Assembly (NCBI GenBank): GCA_011109175.1
Contig: RDEW01000001.1
Span: 2,246,696 to 2,310,695, forward strand
Direction: 5' to 3'
DNA: 64,000 nt
From: Dicyema japonicum
Taxonomy: Eukaryota > Animalia > Dicyemida
The translations under genes were made by a program, and so were the position numbers. Each line of letters starts with the position of its first letter. Position 1 is the stretch's first letter. Under the pieces are notes generated by a model, which saw only the letters and a list, made by a program, of their open reading frames with translations, had not been told where the DNA came from and did no database searches. Shown piece by piece: positions 14,120 through 26,652 of this stretch.

Positions 14120-14790
14120 GAAAACAACGAGAAAGAATTAATAGTAAACTGACTAGTTAGGTGATCCCGGTTTCCCTTATCACGCTTGCCATATTCATCA
14201 TTTATTGACCTTACTAGAAAATACACATAACCACTATCGCAGAATTTACCAACGGCGCCGTTACACCTACGGACTGTGACATATTTATTACTGAAACGAG
14301 TGAATTAACTAATTAAGCGAATTTTAATCCAGATTTTTAGTAATCCCTTTCTTCTTAGAAGAAGAGTATGCCATAAACTTCCTGTTATTCCCCATCTCCA
14401 CATCAGATTTAAAAATAACAAAATGAAAGAGCCTACTTTTGACTTGGAGCCACCAAAGGCTCGCGATCCAGGTTTTGCCGACCCCTGGTATAGACCACAA
14501 ATATGGAATGACTTCCTTGGACGATTCCCAGAAAACTCACAACCTAAGGGGAACGAATGAAGCAGTATCGTCGTGCCAAGGGGCAAAGAGGAGAAGAATT
14601 AGTTGAAGGGGAAAAGTCACTTAGTTCATTTATTTCTGAAAGTTTTTTGATAATTCAAATGATTCAAAGTCAACTGAGACCAATTATTAACAATTAACAA
14701 AAGTGATAATTAACTATTATTTTCACTCGCTTTGGATTTTTTAATCGGTTTGAATGAACTTTCTTAATAGACCAGTATATTTGACTGACA
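14120..14790 (-). mobile_element. Jockey/I-like LINE 3' fragment
   Basis: GGAAACCGGGATCACCTAACTAG terminus matches the family at 37560; boundaries approximate. Confidence 0.5.
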
Positions 14791-14949
14791 AAATTGTTAG
14801 ACAGTTTCTCGACAATAGTACCTGGACCCCTATACGGATATTCAAAAGGATTTGTCACATAATATTTTTGAATACGAACCTTTAAGTAATTAAAAATAGA
14901 ATAAAATATCTCCCAACACCTAGCTTATATTTTGATCTATGCACTCCCA

Positions 14950-16600
14950 TCTTACTATTCATTCTTCTATAATACGAAGACTGCGAATTAACACCCTCAA
15001 AGTTAAACTGGAACTCATCATCCTTACCTGCAAACAGTACTTCTGATTTTCAAATCATGAAAAAATTCATATAGCATCTTCTCACTTAGAAAAGAGATTG
15101 AGCGTAGTCCTCTCCCAAAATAATTCCTTGTTAAATAAAGTCTCTGATTGCATGCAGGTTTGAGATGGACTCAATGTTTAATCAATATGGTGCGAATAGC
15201 TGAGTCAATCAACTTGTATTCAAAGGGTTCCACATTAACGAGTCCAATATAATAGTTATAACTCAGAGCATGCTCGTTAATAATCTTAAACAAATTCAAT
15301 GCTCGTTTACTTGCAAAGAAATTATTTTTAACATTTTTGGCTTTTGAATTTTTTCTGGGAGGACCTTCCAATACACAAGGTATTTATATCCATCCATTCC
15401 CTCTATCAACAACAAGACATTTGTAGCGGACTTTTCTAGATTTCTTTCCATCCTCACAGCACTGAAGTACAAATTAACATCTTCCATCATCTTGACAATA
15501 ACATCTTCACTAGTCGAAGTAAGTTTTAAATCGTCAATAAATAGAAGATGATTAGTTGAGAATGACGAGACAGACTGATCATCATATAAAACGGAGACTT
15601 TTGATGCTTTTTTGACGTCAATCCATGCAGCATATAATCCACCTCCAATTATTTTATTAAGTGATTTATTGACATTTCTTCCTTGTTCCCATCTGGTTTT
15701 CAGAAAAAGGCCAAACTCTTCCACATAATCCGCTAGCTTGGCATTGATACACTTTGTCATTAGTTTATAATGACGACATGCATGTAATAGGGCGTAGGTC
15801 CTTTGGCAATTGTGGCGCTTCAAATATTGGGATCAAGTATGTAATTCCAGTAAAAAACCAGTTTCCAGGGACGTACTCTCCGTTTACAATCCTAAGTACT
15901 TCGGTATAAATTCATGCAGCGAGGTAAATTTCTTAAGAAAGAAATTGTAGACCCTGTCGCAACCTCGACATTTTTTTCTCAATGACTTTAATTTTATCTT
16001 GGATAAGAGACGTAATTCTGGCCCTTTCTCAGATTGTTTCTTCCTGTATCCAATTAGAGACAAAGCATGACACGCCATAGACTTCTCGTCAGTAGAAAGA
16101 GGCATCGTAAAAATTTTTTAATAAAAACCAAAATGTAATTTCCATTGATCAATTTTTTAGTCACATCGTCCTTCCATTTTTAGGGCTCAAATTTCTTTGT
16201 GGTGAATTTGGTAGGCAGTTTGTCTTGCATAAATAATAGAGGAAATTTGATAATTGATGTTGAGTGATTAACTTTAATCCAAGCATTAATAACACGATTC
16301 AGGCATTCGAGAATATCCACATCAACTTTTACACATTAATAACACGATTCAGGCATTCGAGAATATCCACATCGTCTAGAACGCGTGCTTTCAATAACTG
16401 AGGCAGTCCATTGTTCTCGACAATCAGCTATTGAGAAAAACATCATTGCTCGTAAAACCGGAAATTTTGTGTTGTTTTGCTAAGGACAAATTCTAGAAGC
16501 ATCCTCGTCGTTAACATGTCGGACGAGCTTGGCGGCCCTTCGACTTGGGTTATCTTTACTCAATTCTGCACAGAAATTTAGATGTTTCTTAGCAACAACA
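14950..16600 (-). mobile_element. R4/Dong-like non-LTR reverse transcriptase remnant
   Basis: YKLMTKCIN, AAWIDVKKA, NHLLFIDDLKL and YKYL motifs in ORF 15296-15823 and neighbouring frames. Confidence 0.8.
16284..16373. repeat. 40-bp direct repeat (2 copies)
   Basis: CATTAATAACACGATTCAGGCATTCGAGAATATCCACATC at 16284-16323 and 16334-16373. Confidence 0.9.
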
Positions 16601-17500
16601 ACCATTAACCAGAAACGTGTTTTTTAAGTCAACTCATAAATAACAATAAAATCCTTTATAATAAGTGTTGAGATTTTCTACAACTTCAGATTCTTCTATA
16701 TTAAAACTTTCTGGATTTTCGAGAACTGATTCCACAACAGTGGTGAATCCAGGAATACCACGATATCCTTGGAATGGAATAACCTCGACAAAAATCTAAT
16801 TTACGTCATATTATTTCAGTGGCAGTACAGACTGCATATATCGCGGTATATAACCACCATACGAATAACTCCTCTATTAATAAAGCAGAATCTTCTTACA
16901 CAAAAATCCTCAAAAGCATTGTGTCTACAAAAGCGTCATGGATCTCTTTGGCAATTATCCGCATCTCAACACGAAATTATTCACAAACTTAAGTACTGAT
17001 TAAGTAATCACTCTCGGCGCTTGCGACAGATTTTAAGCGTTTAATTTTATTTTTGACATTGATTGACATTGACGAATATCGCTTGTGGCTCGACTTTGCT
17101 TGCGGCTCAGCACATTAAAAAACATTGGAGATGGCAGTTCAACGTTAGACAGAGACAAAATTATCGCTGGAGAACTAAATCGCTGGATATCCTGTGCAAC
17201 TGGAACCTCTTACAATCATTCATTATGTCGAAAAATAAAAAATACATGGTTTTAAACACCACGTTTGTCGACGTCTTCTCATTTTCTAACCTACCATTGA
17301 CAGCTACTCATTCAGGATCAGCCACAAATAGTACAAAACTCTTTAAAAGAAGAAAAATGCATTTGATCTAAATGCTACCACAATTGAAACCACATTGTAA
17401 TCAATTTTGACTAATTACGTTATAATGTGTTTCCACTGTAATATTTAATCACATTTAATAGACCGTGGTTAGTTTTATAAAGTTAACATTATCTCAACAA

Positions 17501-19007
17501 ATGGAATGCACACAAGAACGACTAATGAATATAATCATGAAGCTGCCACATTTGATCTCACAAAATGACACCAAGAAATTGGTGGATATACCGAAAATCA
17601 ATCCCGAATTAGGGAATCTGATAATTGTAATGTAAAATACTGATCTTTTAGAATGTTGGACTCTGGGGACTTCTTCCCTTTATCGTTGGTTTTGTTCTCG
17701 TTATTATTATCAACGTCTATTTTTGTTTTGCTAGAGGATCCAAGAAATTGGGAAAGATTCAAAAAGTAATATCTCTGACAACGTTACTTGGAGTCACGTG
17801 GCTGTGTTCATTAATTTTATAGAATCCTCTTGACTTATTCGGCTGTCTCTGTATTGGAAATCAAAAAACAAAACAAAAAGTTACAGAAGTCATACACTTC
17901 ATTTATCCAGAAATTTGACAAATTTTCCACACTTATAGTTTTCATTGATTATTAAAATTAGAATAATAACTCGGTATTATTCGATGAAAATATGGAAAAA
18001 CTAAAAATAAAGGTTAAAGCTATAGAAAACTCATCTGACTATAAAGATTTGGTCGCGGTAACAAATAATAACTTTTTGAAAAGCGTTATGGGGTCCCTAA
18101 ACGATACTAAAAATCCGATAGCGAATATACACGACAATTTGTCTGCCTTCAATTTTTCTCAATACGAAGACACAAGAAAACTGATTGATTCCACGATAGA
18201 AAAATACATGTAATGCTTTGATTCATTCAGAATTCCAACTTTGAGATCAATCTACTCAATCGGAGCACTTTTCTCACTAATTTTAGTGATTTCTTCATCT
18301 TCTAGGAAAGGCAGCTTAATAAAATTGTATTTTAATCTTTATAATTCTCAGCTGTTCAGGAATTTTAATTTTTCTGTCTCTAATTTTTCTGATTTTGTCA
18401 AGTGTACTTTTGGGAGTTCCTATGGTCTGTTTTTTGGATAACTTAGATTTTGTCGGTTGCTTGTCCTCAGATAAAACCTTTCGTCAAAAATTTGGGTAAT
18501 TTGTTTGTGCATGCTAGGTATTCCATATGTCGCGGATATTATTGACTGTGATCCTAATAAACCAAACCCAATTGTAAAAAATAATTTTGTATTTTTAGAT
18601 GGAAAACATTTCCAATATCAACATCACCAATGTTATCCCTCAATTAAATGGTGGTTGTGTTAACGTTACGCCCCCTATTTTAATAAAATGCCAGAATGTT
18701 GATAATCAATTAATAGTTATGATGGGTCATAGTTTAGAGTCTCCGTGTTGACGCAACGAATTTTTCGAATCGGACGATAGTAGGTCTCAAAACTAGTTTA
18801 AATGTTGTGTTTGGTTGTGATCAACTTCCTCAGACAATTAATGAATTTAAGTGCGTATTTTGCACCAAATTTGCGTATTAGAGTTCATAATTTTGTAGAA
18901 AAAGTCTTTTCCAGGTTGGATTCTTCTCTTCTATCGGATCCATTGTGTTATTGTTGTTCATGTTTCATATTCCAACCTTCAAAAAAAGTCTTCTTGTCAA
19001 TAATTAG
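17501..19007 (+). CDS. Tweety (TTYH)-like 5-TM membrane protein, paralog 1, with ~10 tiny introns
   Basis: Splicing 21-25 nt GT-AG introns yields an N-terminal KLPHL, five hydrophobic segments, C..P..IIDCDPNKPNP, and GC-x14-C before TM5, matching the recalled tweety motif layout. Splicing around 18650-18790 not fully resolved. Confidence 0.7.
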
Positions 19008-19118
19008 TTTAATTATAATTTCTCCACTAATTTAATTCGGTAATTAATTTCTATAAATTCAAATAAAAGTACTCTCTAAACAGTGCAACCAGAAAATCTA
19101 ATAAAGTACTCTCTAGAA

Positions 19119-22100
19119 CAGGGGTGTCAAACATGCGGCCCTCGACAAGCATAAGTGCGGCCCGATTTAATGTCTATAAAACAAAAAAATCATTTTGTTA
19201 TTTTTTACATTCAATTAAATTTTTTATAGTATTTTTAAATCTTGTTTCAATGTCACGTGCTTCTTCTGGTACTAAGAAACGGTGTTTGAAGATGAACGGA
19301 GATAAATGGAAACTTGTATATTTTTGCACAACGTTTGATGTAAAAATACATTGTTTGATATGTAGCCAGTTTATCACTATACCGAAAGAATACAACCTAA
19401 AAAGGCATTACCAATCTAACAATCGATCATGCAATTATTTCGAAGGTATTATGTTGCTTATTAACCAAGAAGGTCCAATACGTGTTTTAAAGGTAAATGA
19501 ATTGCGAAAAGATTTAACTAAGTTACAAACTAATTTCACAAAACATCATAAACGAAATACTGCTTCAGTTATTGCAAGCTATGAAATCAGCAGAATGCTT
19601 GAAGTGAATTTTGCGATGGTGATTTCATCACACAATGTCTTGTAAAAATAGAAAAAAATTTGTCCAGACACCGCCCACTTGTTTAAATAAACTGCTGATA
19701 GATATGAATAATCAGTTCAGCGACATTTTTTATACTCCAATGCGCTGGTTATCGCTTCACAAAGTTGTTAATAAATTTTATTTGTTGTGATTTTTTGGTT
19801 GAGGTGGTGACGTCCCTCTATAGCACATATGTCTTTCTCACGTCTAATATCTAACTGCCTTTTTTCTGTGGGTACCCTGAATGTAAGAGGACTCAATCCA
19901 ACATACAAGAAGCTTCAGCTGTCACGTGATTTGGATCACTATAAGGTATCAGTATGCTGCCTACAGGAAACAAAAATAACTGACAACACATGCATGCGGG
20001 TGGGAAATTATCATTTGATTACCCTTCCAACAACGTCACTATGGACTTGGATTTGCTATTCATCACACATTGTATAGTCGTATATCTCGGATGTGGGTCG
20101 TTACAGACAGGATTGCGGTACTGCAAATCCGGTGGGGAAGCAAACCAAACTCTACAGTGACAATCATCAACATATACGCCCCGACTGGAATCAGGGCATC
20201 TGCCAATCCAGAAGAACTAGACGAATTCTACTCCGCCCTCATAAGGGTTTACAACACTCTCAGTTCTTCATATTTTTGCTTAATTGCCGGGGACTGGAAT
20301 GCCAAAGCAGGAAAAGCCAGATCTGGAGAAACTTGTATCGGATCTCATGGAAGAAATCGGCGAAACACGCCCGGAATGGCATTAATCCACTTTTGCACTT
20401 CCTTGGATCTGTTTTTGTGCAATACGGCATTCCGTCACCCAGCGAGACACAAGACGACGTGGACTGGAACTAGGAAGGATTTGCAAGGAAATTACATAAA
20501 AATATATAATCAAATTGACTAAATACTATGCAGACGAGGTCACAAACATCTCCTCGTAGACTCCAGGTCATATGGAGGATTAGAAACAAATAGTGATCAT
20601 AAAATTGTGGTTACCGCATTGGACTATACAAAGTCCATAACCAAATGAAAACACCTTCCAATAAAAAGCAGGAGCAATTTGATATCCAATTATTACATGA
20701 CAAGTCAACTCAACAGAAATATGCGTATCAACTAAATCTTGAACTTAATGATATCGACGAAACTAAACCTGTTCATATTATTTGGGACAAAGTCGATAAA
20801 AGGTACAGCATGTGATGTGTTGGGAAGTATTACAAAACCCCGTAAATTTTACAATCATGATATTTGCGTCCTATCAGAAAACCAGAAAGCCTTGAGATTG
20901 AAGATAGAAAACTCAAGGTCTCCAGAAAAGGCCAAGGAACTTCGGCAACAACGAAACCGAACATTATTAAAAATCAAGCAAACTCAGAAATCCCTAACGG
21001 CTAAAGAAATAGAAAAACAAATTGAAGACATTGAAAAATATAAAGATGGAGTGAAAATGTTCAAAGCTATTCAATTAATAAGAAAAAGAGTGCAAGCCCC
21101 ATAATAATCAATGACATCCTTGGCAGAATAATTATCGATGAAAAGGACAAAGCAGCTACTATATCTGCTTATTACTATCATATGCTCAACTGGGACAACG
21201 AAATAGGCTATAAATTTGGTGCACAAGTCAAGCATGGTTTGGACATCCCAATAAACACACAAGAAACACTGGATGCAATTAAAAAATTGAAAAATGACAG
21301 ATCGGCAGGACCAGAGAATATCCCAGCCGAACTTATAAAGTATGCTCCAGTGAAGTTGGTAACAATCATTACCAATATACTCAACAAAATATTTGAAGAA
21401 AACACTACGTTAGACATTGGCAAGGGTTGGTTAATTCCACTGCAAAAACCGGGAAAACCCAAAGGGCCCCTTTCCAACCTAAGACCAATCATCCACTAAC
21501 TACGCTGCGAAAAATCTTGTCAATCATTACATTGGAAAGAATCAAAGACAAGGTGGAGTATTTTCTGTCACCAGGACAAAGTTGTTTCCGGTCAGGCAGA
21601 TCCACATTTGGACACACAGATGGTCAAGTGCTCTATGCCAAAAATATAAAACGTGCATAGATATTATCGGAATAGACATGTCCAGAGCGTTTGACTCAGT
21701 TCATAGAGGCAAACTTCTTGAAGTACTCACAAGCTTCCTAACAACGGATGATCTCAAAATTATACAAAAACTACTGCAGAATACGCAACTAGCAACCAAA
21801 CTCGAAAAAACCACTTCAGAATTCTTTTATACTTCACGTGGAATTCCGCAAAGAGACTCTTTGTCACCACTTCTATACATAATCTACCTGGAGGCGGCAC
21901 TAAGAGATTTCAGGCCTTTAATTGAAAACAACAAAATAATCGAGTTAATATATGCAGACGATCTTGACTTTGTTTCTGAAAATGTTGAAATTCCTTATCA
22001 CGTTCTCAAGAACTTACCAAATGTCTTTTCTAAATGGTTCTTAGTTGTCAACAAAGACAAAACTGAATATACAATACTTGTACAAGTTGTACGCACTTAC

Positions 22101-23228
22101 GATGAACCATTGAAAAGGCATAAAAAAGTTGGTTCACTACTTGGATACTCAGAAGATGTTACCCACAGAAAAATCTTTTCCACTGCTGCATATAAAAAAT
22201 TCTTAACTATCTGGCGTTCTAAGAAGAGCATAAGTACGAATACAAAGCTAAAATTGTATAAAACATTCATGTTTCCAGTCCTGACATACAACTGTGGGAC
22301 ATGGGGGATTACGAAACGGGAAATGGACAATCTGGATCAATTTCATAGAAATCAACTAAGAAACATCTTGAGAATACATTTTCCGAAAAAGATATCAAAT
22401 TCAGAACTGTACAAGGCCATTATCAGAGGAGATTCTCAAGGCTAGGTGGAGACTTTTTGGTCACATCTTACGAATGGATATGTTGACTCCACCAAACATT
22501 GCAATGGAGAACTATTTCGCACAACTGAAGGGATCATTCCGTGGCAGGCCTAGAGTGACGTTGCCTTCAGTACTAAATGATGACCTAATCCGAATAAACA
22601 AAACTATACGAAATGGTGAAGATCTTGACTCACTACGAGCAATGGCCCGGAACAGGGGAACATGGAAGATGATGTGTGGGAGGATACTGGACGTGGTACA
22701 AGGGGAACTTAATTAATCTAATTAATTTTTGATTTCCCGGGAGTGCTTAAAAAAAAGGCCAAACACGGACAAAATGAAAAGCAGATGAGACTTACAAATG
22801 GAACTATTGGAGATCCAATCAGATTCTTTAAAGCTAAATATTTGGAGGTTGGAATACCTGCTTTCTTTTCATATCTTCCTGGAAAGTTTAAAAACTATGA
22901 AGTTAGTGACAAAACTCATTGCTATGTTTAATTCGACATATGTGTGTGAACAGATTTTTTCATTTATGAAATTGACGAAAACTGCCCAAAGAACAAGACT
23001 CATGAAAATTTATCCGCTTTAATAAAAGTCGGAACTACACGAATACTCGAGCCTGACATAGTATCCAAAAAATAAAATTAAAGGGTGGTAATTAAATGAT
23101 TAAGTTTCTCTTATTTTTGGTTTTCATTATAATAAATAAATTATTAAAAATAATATTTCAGAACTAATCTTCCCTTGATGAGAAACTATTATAAATTAGG
23201 CTCGAAGCGAAATGAGTCTGACACCCTG
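19119..23228 (+). mobile_element. hAT Charlie/GTF2IRD2-like transposon, internally deleted, hosting an RTE
   Basis: TIRs CAGGGGTGTCAAAC / GTCTGACACCCTG; TSD CTCTAGAA / CTCTATAA; CLIC..KEYNLKRHY and FNSTYVCEQIFSFMK. Confidence 0.9.
19787..22760 (+). mobile_element. Near full-length RTE-clade LINE (APE + RT), frameshifted
   Basis: GTLNVRGL, CCLQETK, INIYAP, AGDWNAK, NQID, SDH; RT IDMSRAFDSV, YADD, LTYNCGTW, RGRPR. Confidence 0.93.
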
Positions 23229-23448
23229 CTCTATAAAGTACAAACTGTGAAGAAATCAACTCTAGGTCGTGAAAACACATGTGATTAGACTTTGCGTTGC
23301 CAGGGGACTTTCTTCTCAATTCATGCAAGATTTTTATAGAATCCTTTATTCGTCAGTTATGGAAATAAAGAAGTAATTATAATGGATTATAGAAAAATTA
23401 GTACAATTAAAGTGATATGGCCGATATTCTCCCTATGAATCATAAAAA

Positions 23449-25765
23449 TCAGCAGAAACTTGTTTTTAGTCTTCTAAAAGATTTTAAGTGATTAGATGAA
23501 GGTAATTTTCCTCTAAAAGAACGTGAAAAGAGTAACTTGTATAGAATATAAACTGTAAGATAAACAGTTAGGACTACTAGTATTCCGAAAAATGAGCCAA
23601 CTCCAACAGAAACTTTGTCATATGTTTTTTCTGAAATAATAGCAGTAAATTGAACGAATAAATTTATCTGAAACTGTTTTATTGGTTGTAGGTTGAATGG
23701 TAGTCTGTGATGATGAACTCGGTTGATTGGTTGTATAACAAACAGGAATATTGTATTCACTGCAGTATTCAGTTCTCCACGTTCCATTCATTAGAACCAC
23801 GATACAGGCAAGTTCTTCATCAAGAGGAAGAGGCTGATCAACCCCCCAATTTGGAGTTATCTAAATATATGACAAAAATAACGGGAGTGGGATCATCATT
23901 CCAAAGAAGTGTCGTATCATTCCACAGTAAGCGGTGATCAATATAAAACCCCTTAAACAAAATTTCTAAATGTGAAAGATCACGTACCATTTAGGATAGA
24001 ATTAACAATATTCTGAGAGATGGGAGTGATTAAAGTTTTGTTTTGCTGATGACAAAGATGATGGGCTTCATAGAAGGTCATTGGCATTGCATATATGTAA
24101 ACACTATATTTTCCAATATTTATATTTTTTATAAATTCTTGTTTCACTGATAAATTGATAAAACAGTAAACGGTATTTATGGTTTTTGCAGTCGGATATT
24201 GCATTCCTCTCGACATCTACAAATAAATGCACGAGGACTTTCGTTCGCCTTCTTAATACATGCAAATTTCGAAGGGTAACATTCATCATTAGTCCATCTT
24301 CCACTTTTAAAGTTCTGGTAGACACATTTCTTGTCATTGCTTTCAATTGGGTATCCATCAGCCCAGTTGGTGTAATTCTTGGAGTAATATTAAAATTAAC
24401 TGAATAAACTAGATTATTTGGGGATAAGACCCCCTCACAAAGTATTCCCCAAAATTAAGCTGGATTGAATAATCGACATTTTCTTTCATTAACATTAACT
24501 TTTACCAGAAAAAATACAATTTTCCACAGAACTCCTTGCCACGTAAATGATTGCTTGCCGGTAATCGCAAATGTCCTTAGCTTCGGTGTACGAGGAGTCA
24601 ATGTCAAAAATATAATAAGTGGAATGATTGAATGAAAAAATTTGTGAAAAATAATCTACATTTCGCGATGAATATACATTTTCTGTTTGTAGAGTTGCAA
24701 AAGACATATTTTTGGTTGTCATGAATTTCGTCGGTCTCACATGCGAAATGTGATAAAACTCCGTCGCAGGCTGAACTCTGAAACTCTCCATTCAAGTTCG
24801 ACCTCACAACGCACTCCTTGGAAGTAGGGTTATTATCACTCCAAGGTAAATATTTCTATAATTTATATTCACACATAAAACAGCCACGTAATTTTTGTCA
24901 GTCCAAAAAGTAAACCTATCATTCGTTATTCCGACAAAATTGTTCCCCGAAAAGTAATCTACAAGAATCACACCAAATTACCGTGAAATGCACAATTTTC
25001 GTCTCCGTCATTAGGAATAAATAAATACCCATTGTGATCATTATGGCATATTCTTCTAACCATTCCATGGTCTCGATTTGCCTGATATATGTAATATGTA
25101 TGGCGACGGTAAGTCAAGACATAGTCTGGCTGTACTATTTACGTGTTACCCCAAATTTACTGTTTATTAGTTTTCCTTCGGTTACATTTATTCCATTTGT
25201 GGAAATTCCATCTAAAAGTTCATTCCTCGGATACCCTGCTCGCAAATGTAATAACCTTGTGCATCTCCACGTAATGGATACCATTTGCTGCTAGCAGCAT
25301 CTAATTGTGCGAAGCTGTCCCTCGACGATGGACTAAATTTCCAATTTGTGTATTTCTTGTTTTATCAAACGTTAATATTACCAATTCTTGACTAGTATGG
25401 TAGCTTACCCATTCATCTTTTCTATAAGGTTTTTTCACTCCAATAATGTGGTCGACTCTAAGACTGCCTATAAAATATCAATCTTGGTTATTATACTTGC
25501 AATTGCAGTATTTTCATTTTCATCAGTTATGTCAATAGGGTACTGATTACCACTACATCTGTATGCAATGTTGTATGGATGTGATATTTTATCAGAAGAA
25601 GGAGTATATGAGTGATTGTTGTAATTATAGACCTCATTTTGTTTGGAATCTGAAATAATTATGAAATTTGTACTTCCAAAAGAAGATAAAATAGTTATAA
25701 TTTCACAAATCATTAGACAAGTCAACAAATCGTTATTTCACAATTTATTTTATACTTGCGTCCAT
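23449..25765 (-). CDS. Type I membrane protein with ~4 divergent C-type lectin-like domains; tiny introns
   Basis: Hydrophobic N-terminus; CTLD-like motifs KWYPLRGDAQGYYICEQ, SACDGVLSHFACE, YTEAKDIC, FYEAHHLC; S/T stalk; TM VGVGSFFGILVVLTVYLTVYILY; short tail. Start at 25765 or 25713. Confidence 0.65.
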
Positions 25766-25979
25766 TATTGTTATTAATGTCTCTGTAATTTAAATATTTG
25801 TCAAATTCCTTAATATTTCAGTTATTCATTACTATTGTAGATAATATAGATATTTCATATTTTAATTGAGTTTCTAGTAGGAATACAAAATGAGATTCGG
25901 TTTTAAATTAATTATGGATAAAACATTGTTGTATCCCATTTGGGTATAACAATTGTCTCAATAAAAAAATCAATAATGC

Positions 25980-26085
25980 GGAACACATATGCACGCATAT
26001 AGTCACACATATAGAGACGAATGCATGCACAAATACGCACGCTTATAGACACGCACATATGTGCACATAGAAACGCATATAGATT
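25980..26085. repeat. Degenerate alternating purine/pyrimidine tract
   Basis: cacatatgcacgcatatagtcacacat...gtgcacatag. Confidence 0.6.
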
Positions 26086-26652
26086 GGCATAAATAAGATA
26101 ATTATACAAAAAAATTTAAAACTAATAAATTTATAGTTGGTTACACAAATAACTTAAACAAATATTTTTATTTAGGAATTACTCTATCGACCTCAAACAA
26201 AGAATAATCTTAAATATTGGAAGCATTTTTAATAACCACACAAAATCATAAAAACACACTTGAATTCTAAGAATGAGAAAAAACTTAGGAATAGAATTCT
26301 TAAGAATGCAAATACAACCTTTATTCAGAAAACATGAAGAACTGCATTATAAAAAGTCAATTTCCCAATATTCACACAAACTAATCATACACATTTACAC
26401 ACGTGTGAGAATGCAATCTAATTTCAATCTTAAAAATAGGAAACAGTCTATAAATGAAGCAATCAAATATGTGTTTTATTTATTTCCCCTCTGTCTTTTC
26501 GAGTTAAGGAGGCTATCTGATATGGGGGAGAGCTAAAACTGGAAATGATTATGGGGTTTTGCAACAGAAAACCTAATAGAAATGAAAGCTAATTTATTGA
26601 AAATGACAAATATTCCTGAATTATATTTATAATAAAGAAAAGGATAATAATT

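Noticed and set aside
8324-16373. Direct repeats as CRISPR-like arrays
   Set aside because: Only two copies each, no spacer series, eukaryotic context.
21208-22330. Antisense and short overlapping ORFs as genes (also 28006, 30200, 33431, 37708)
   Set aside because: Shadow frames of LINE or GCN1 coding sequence with no motifs.
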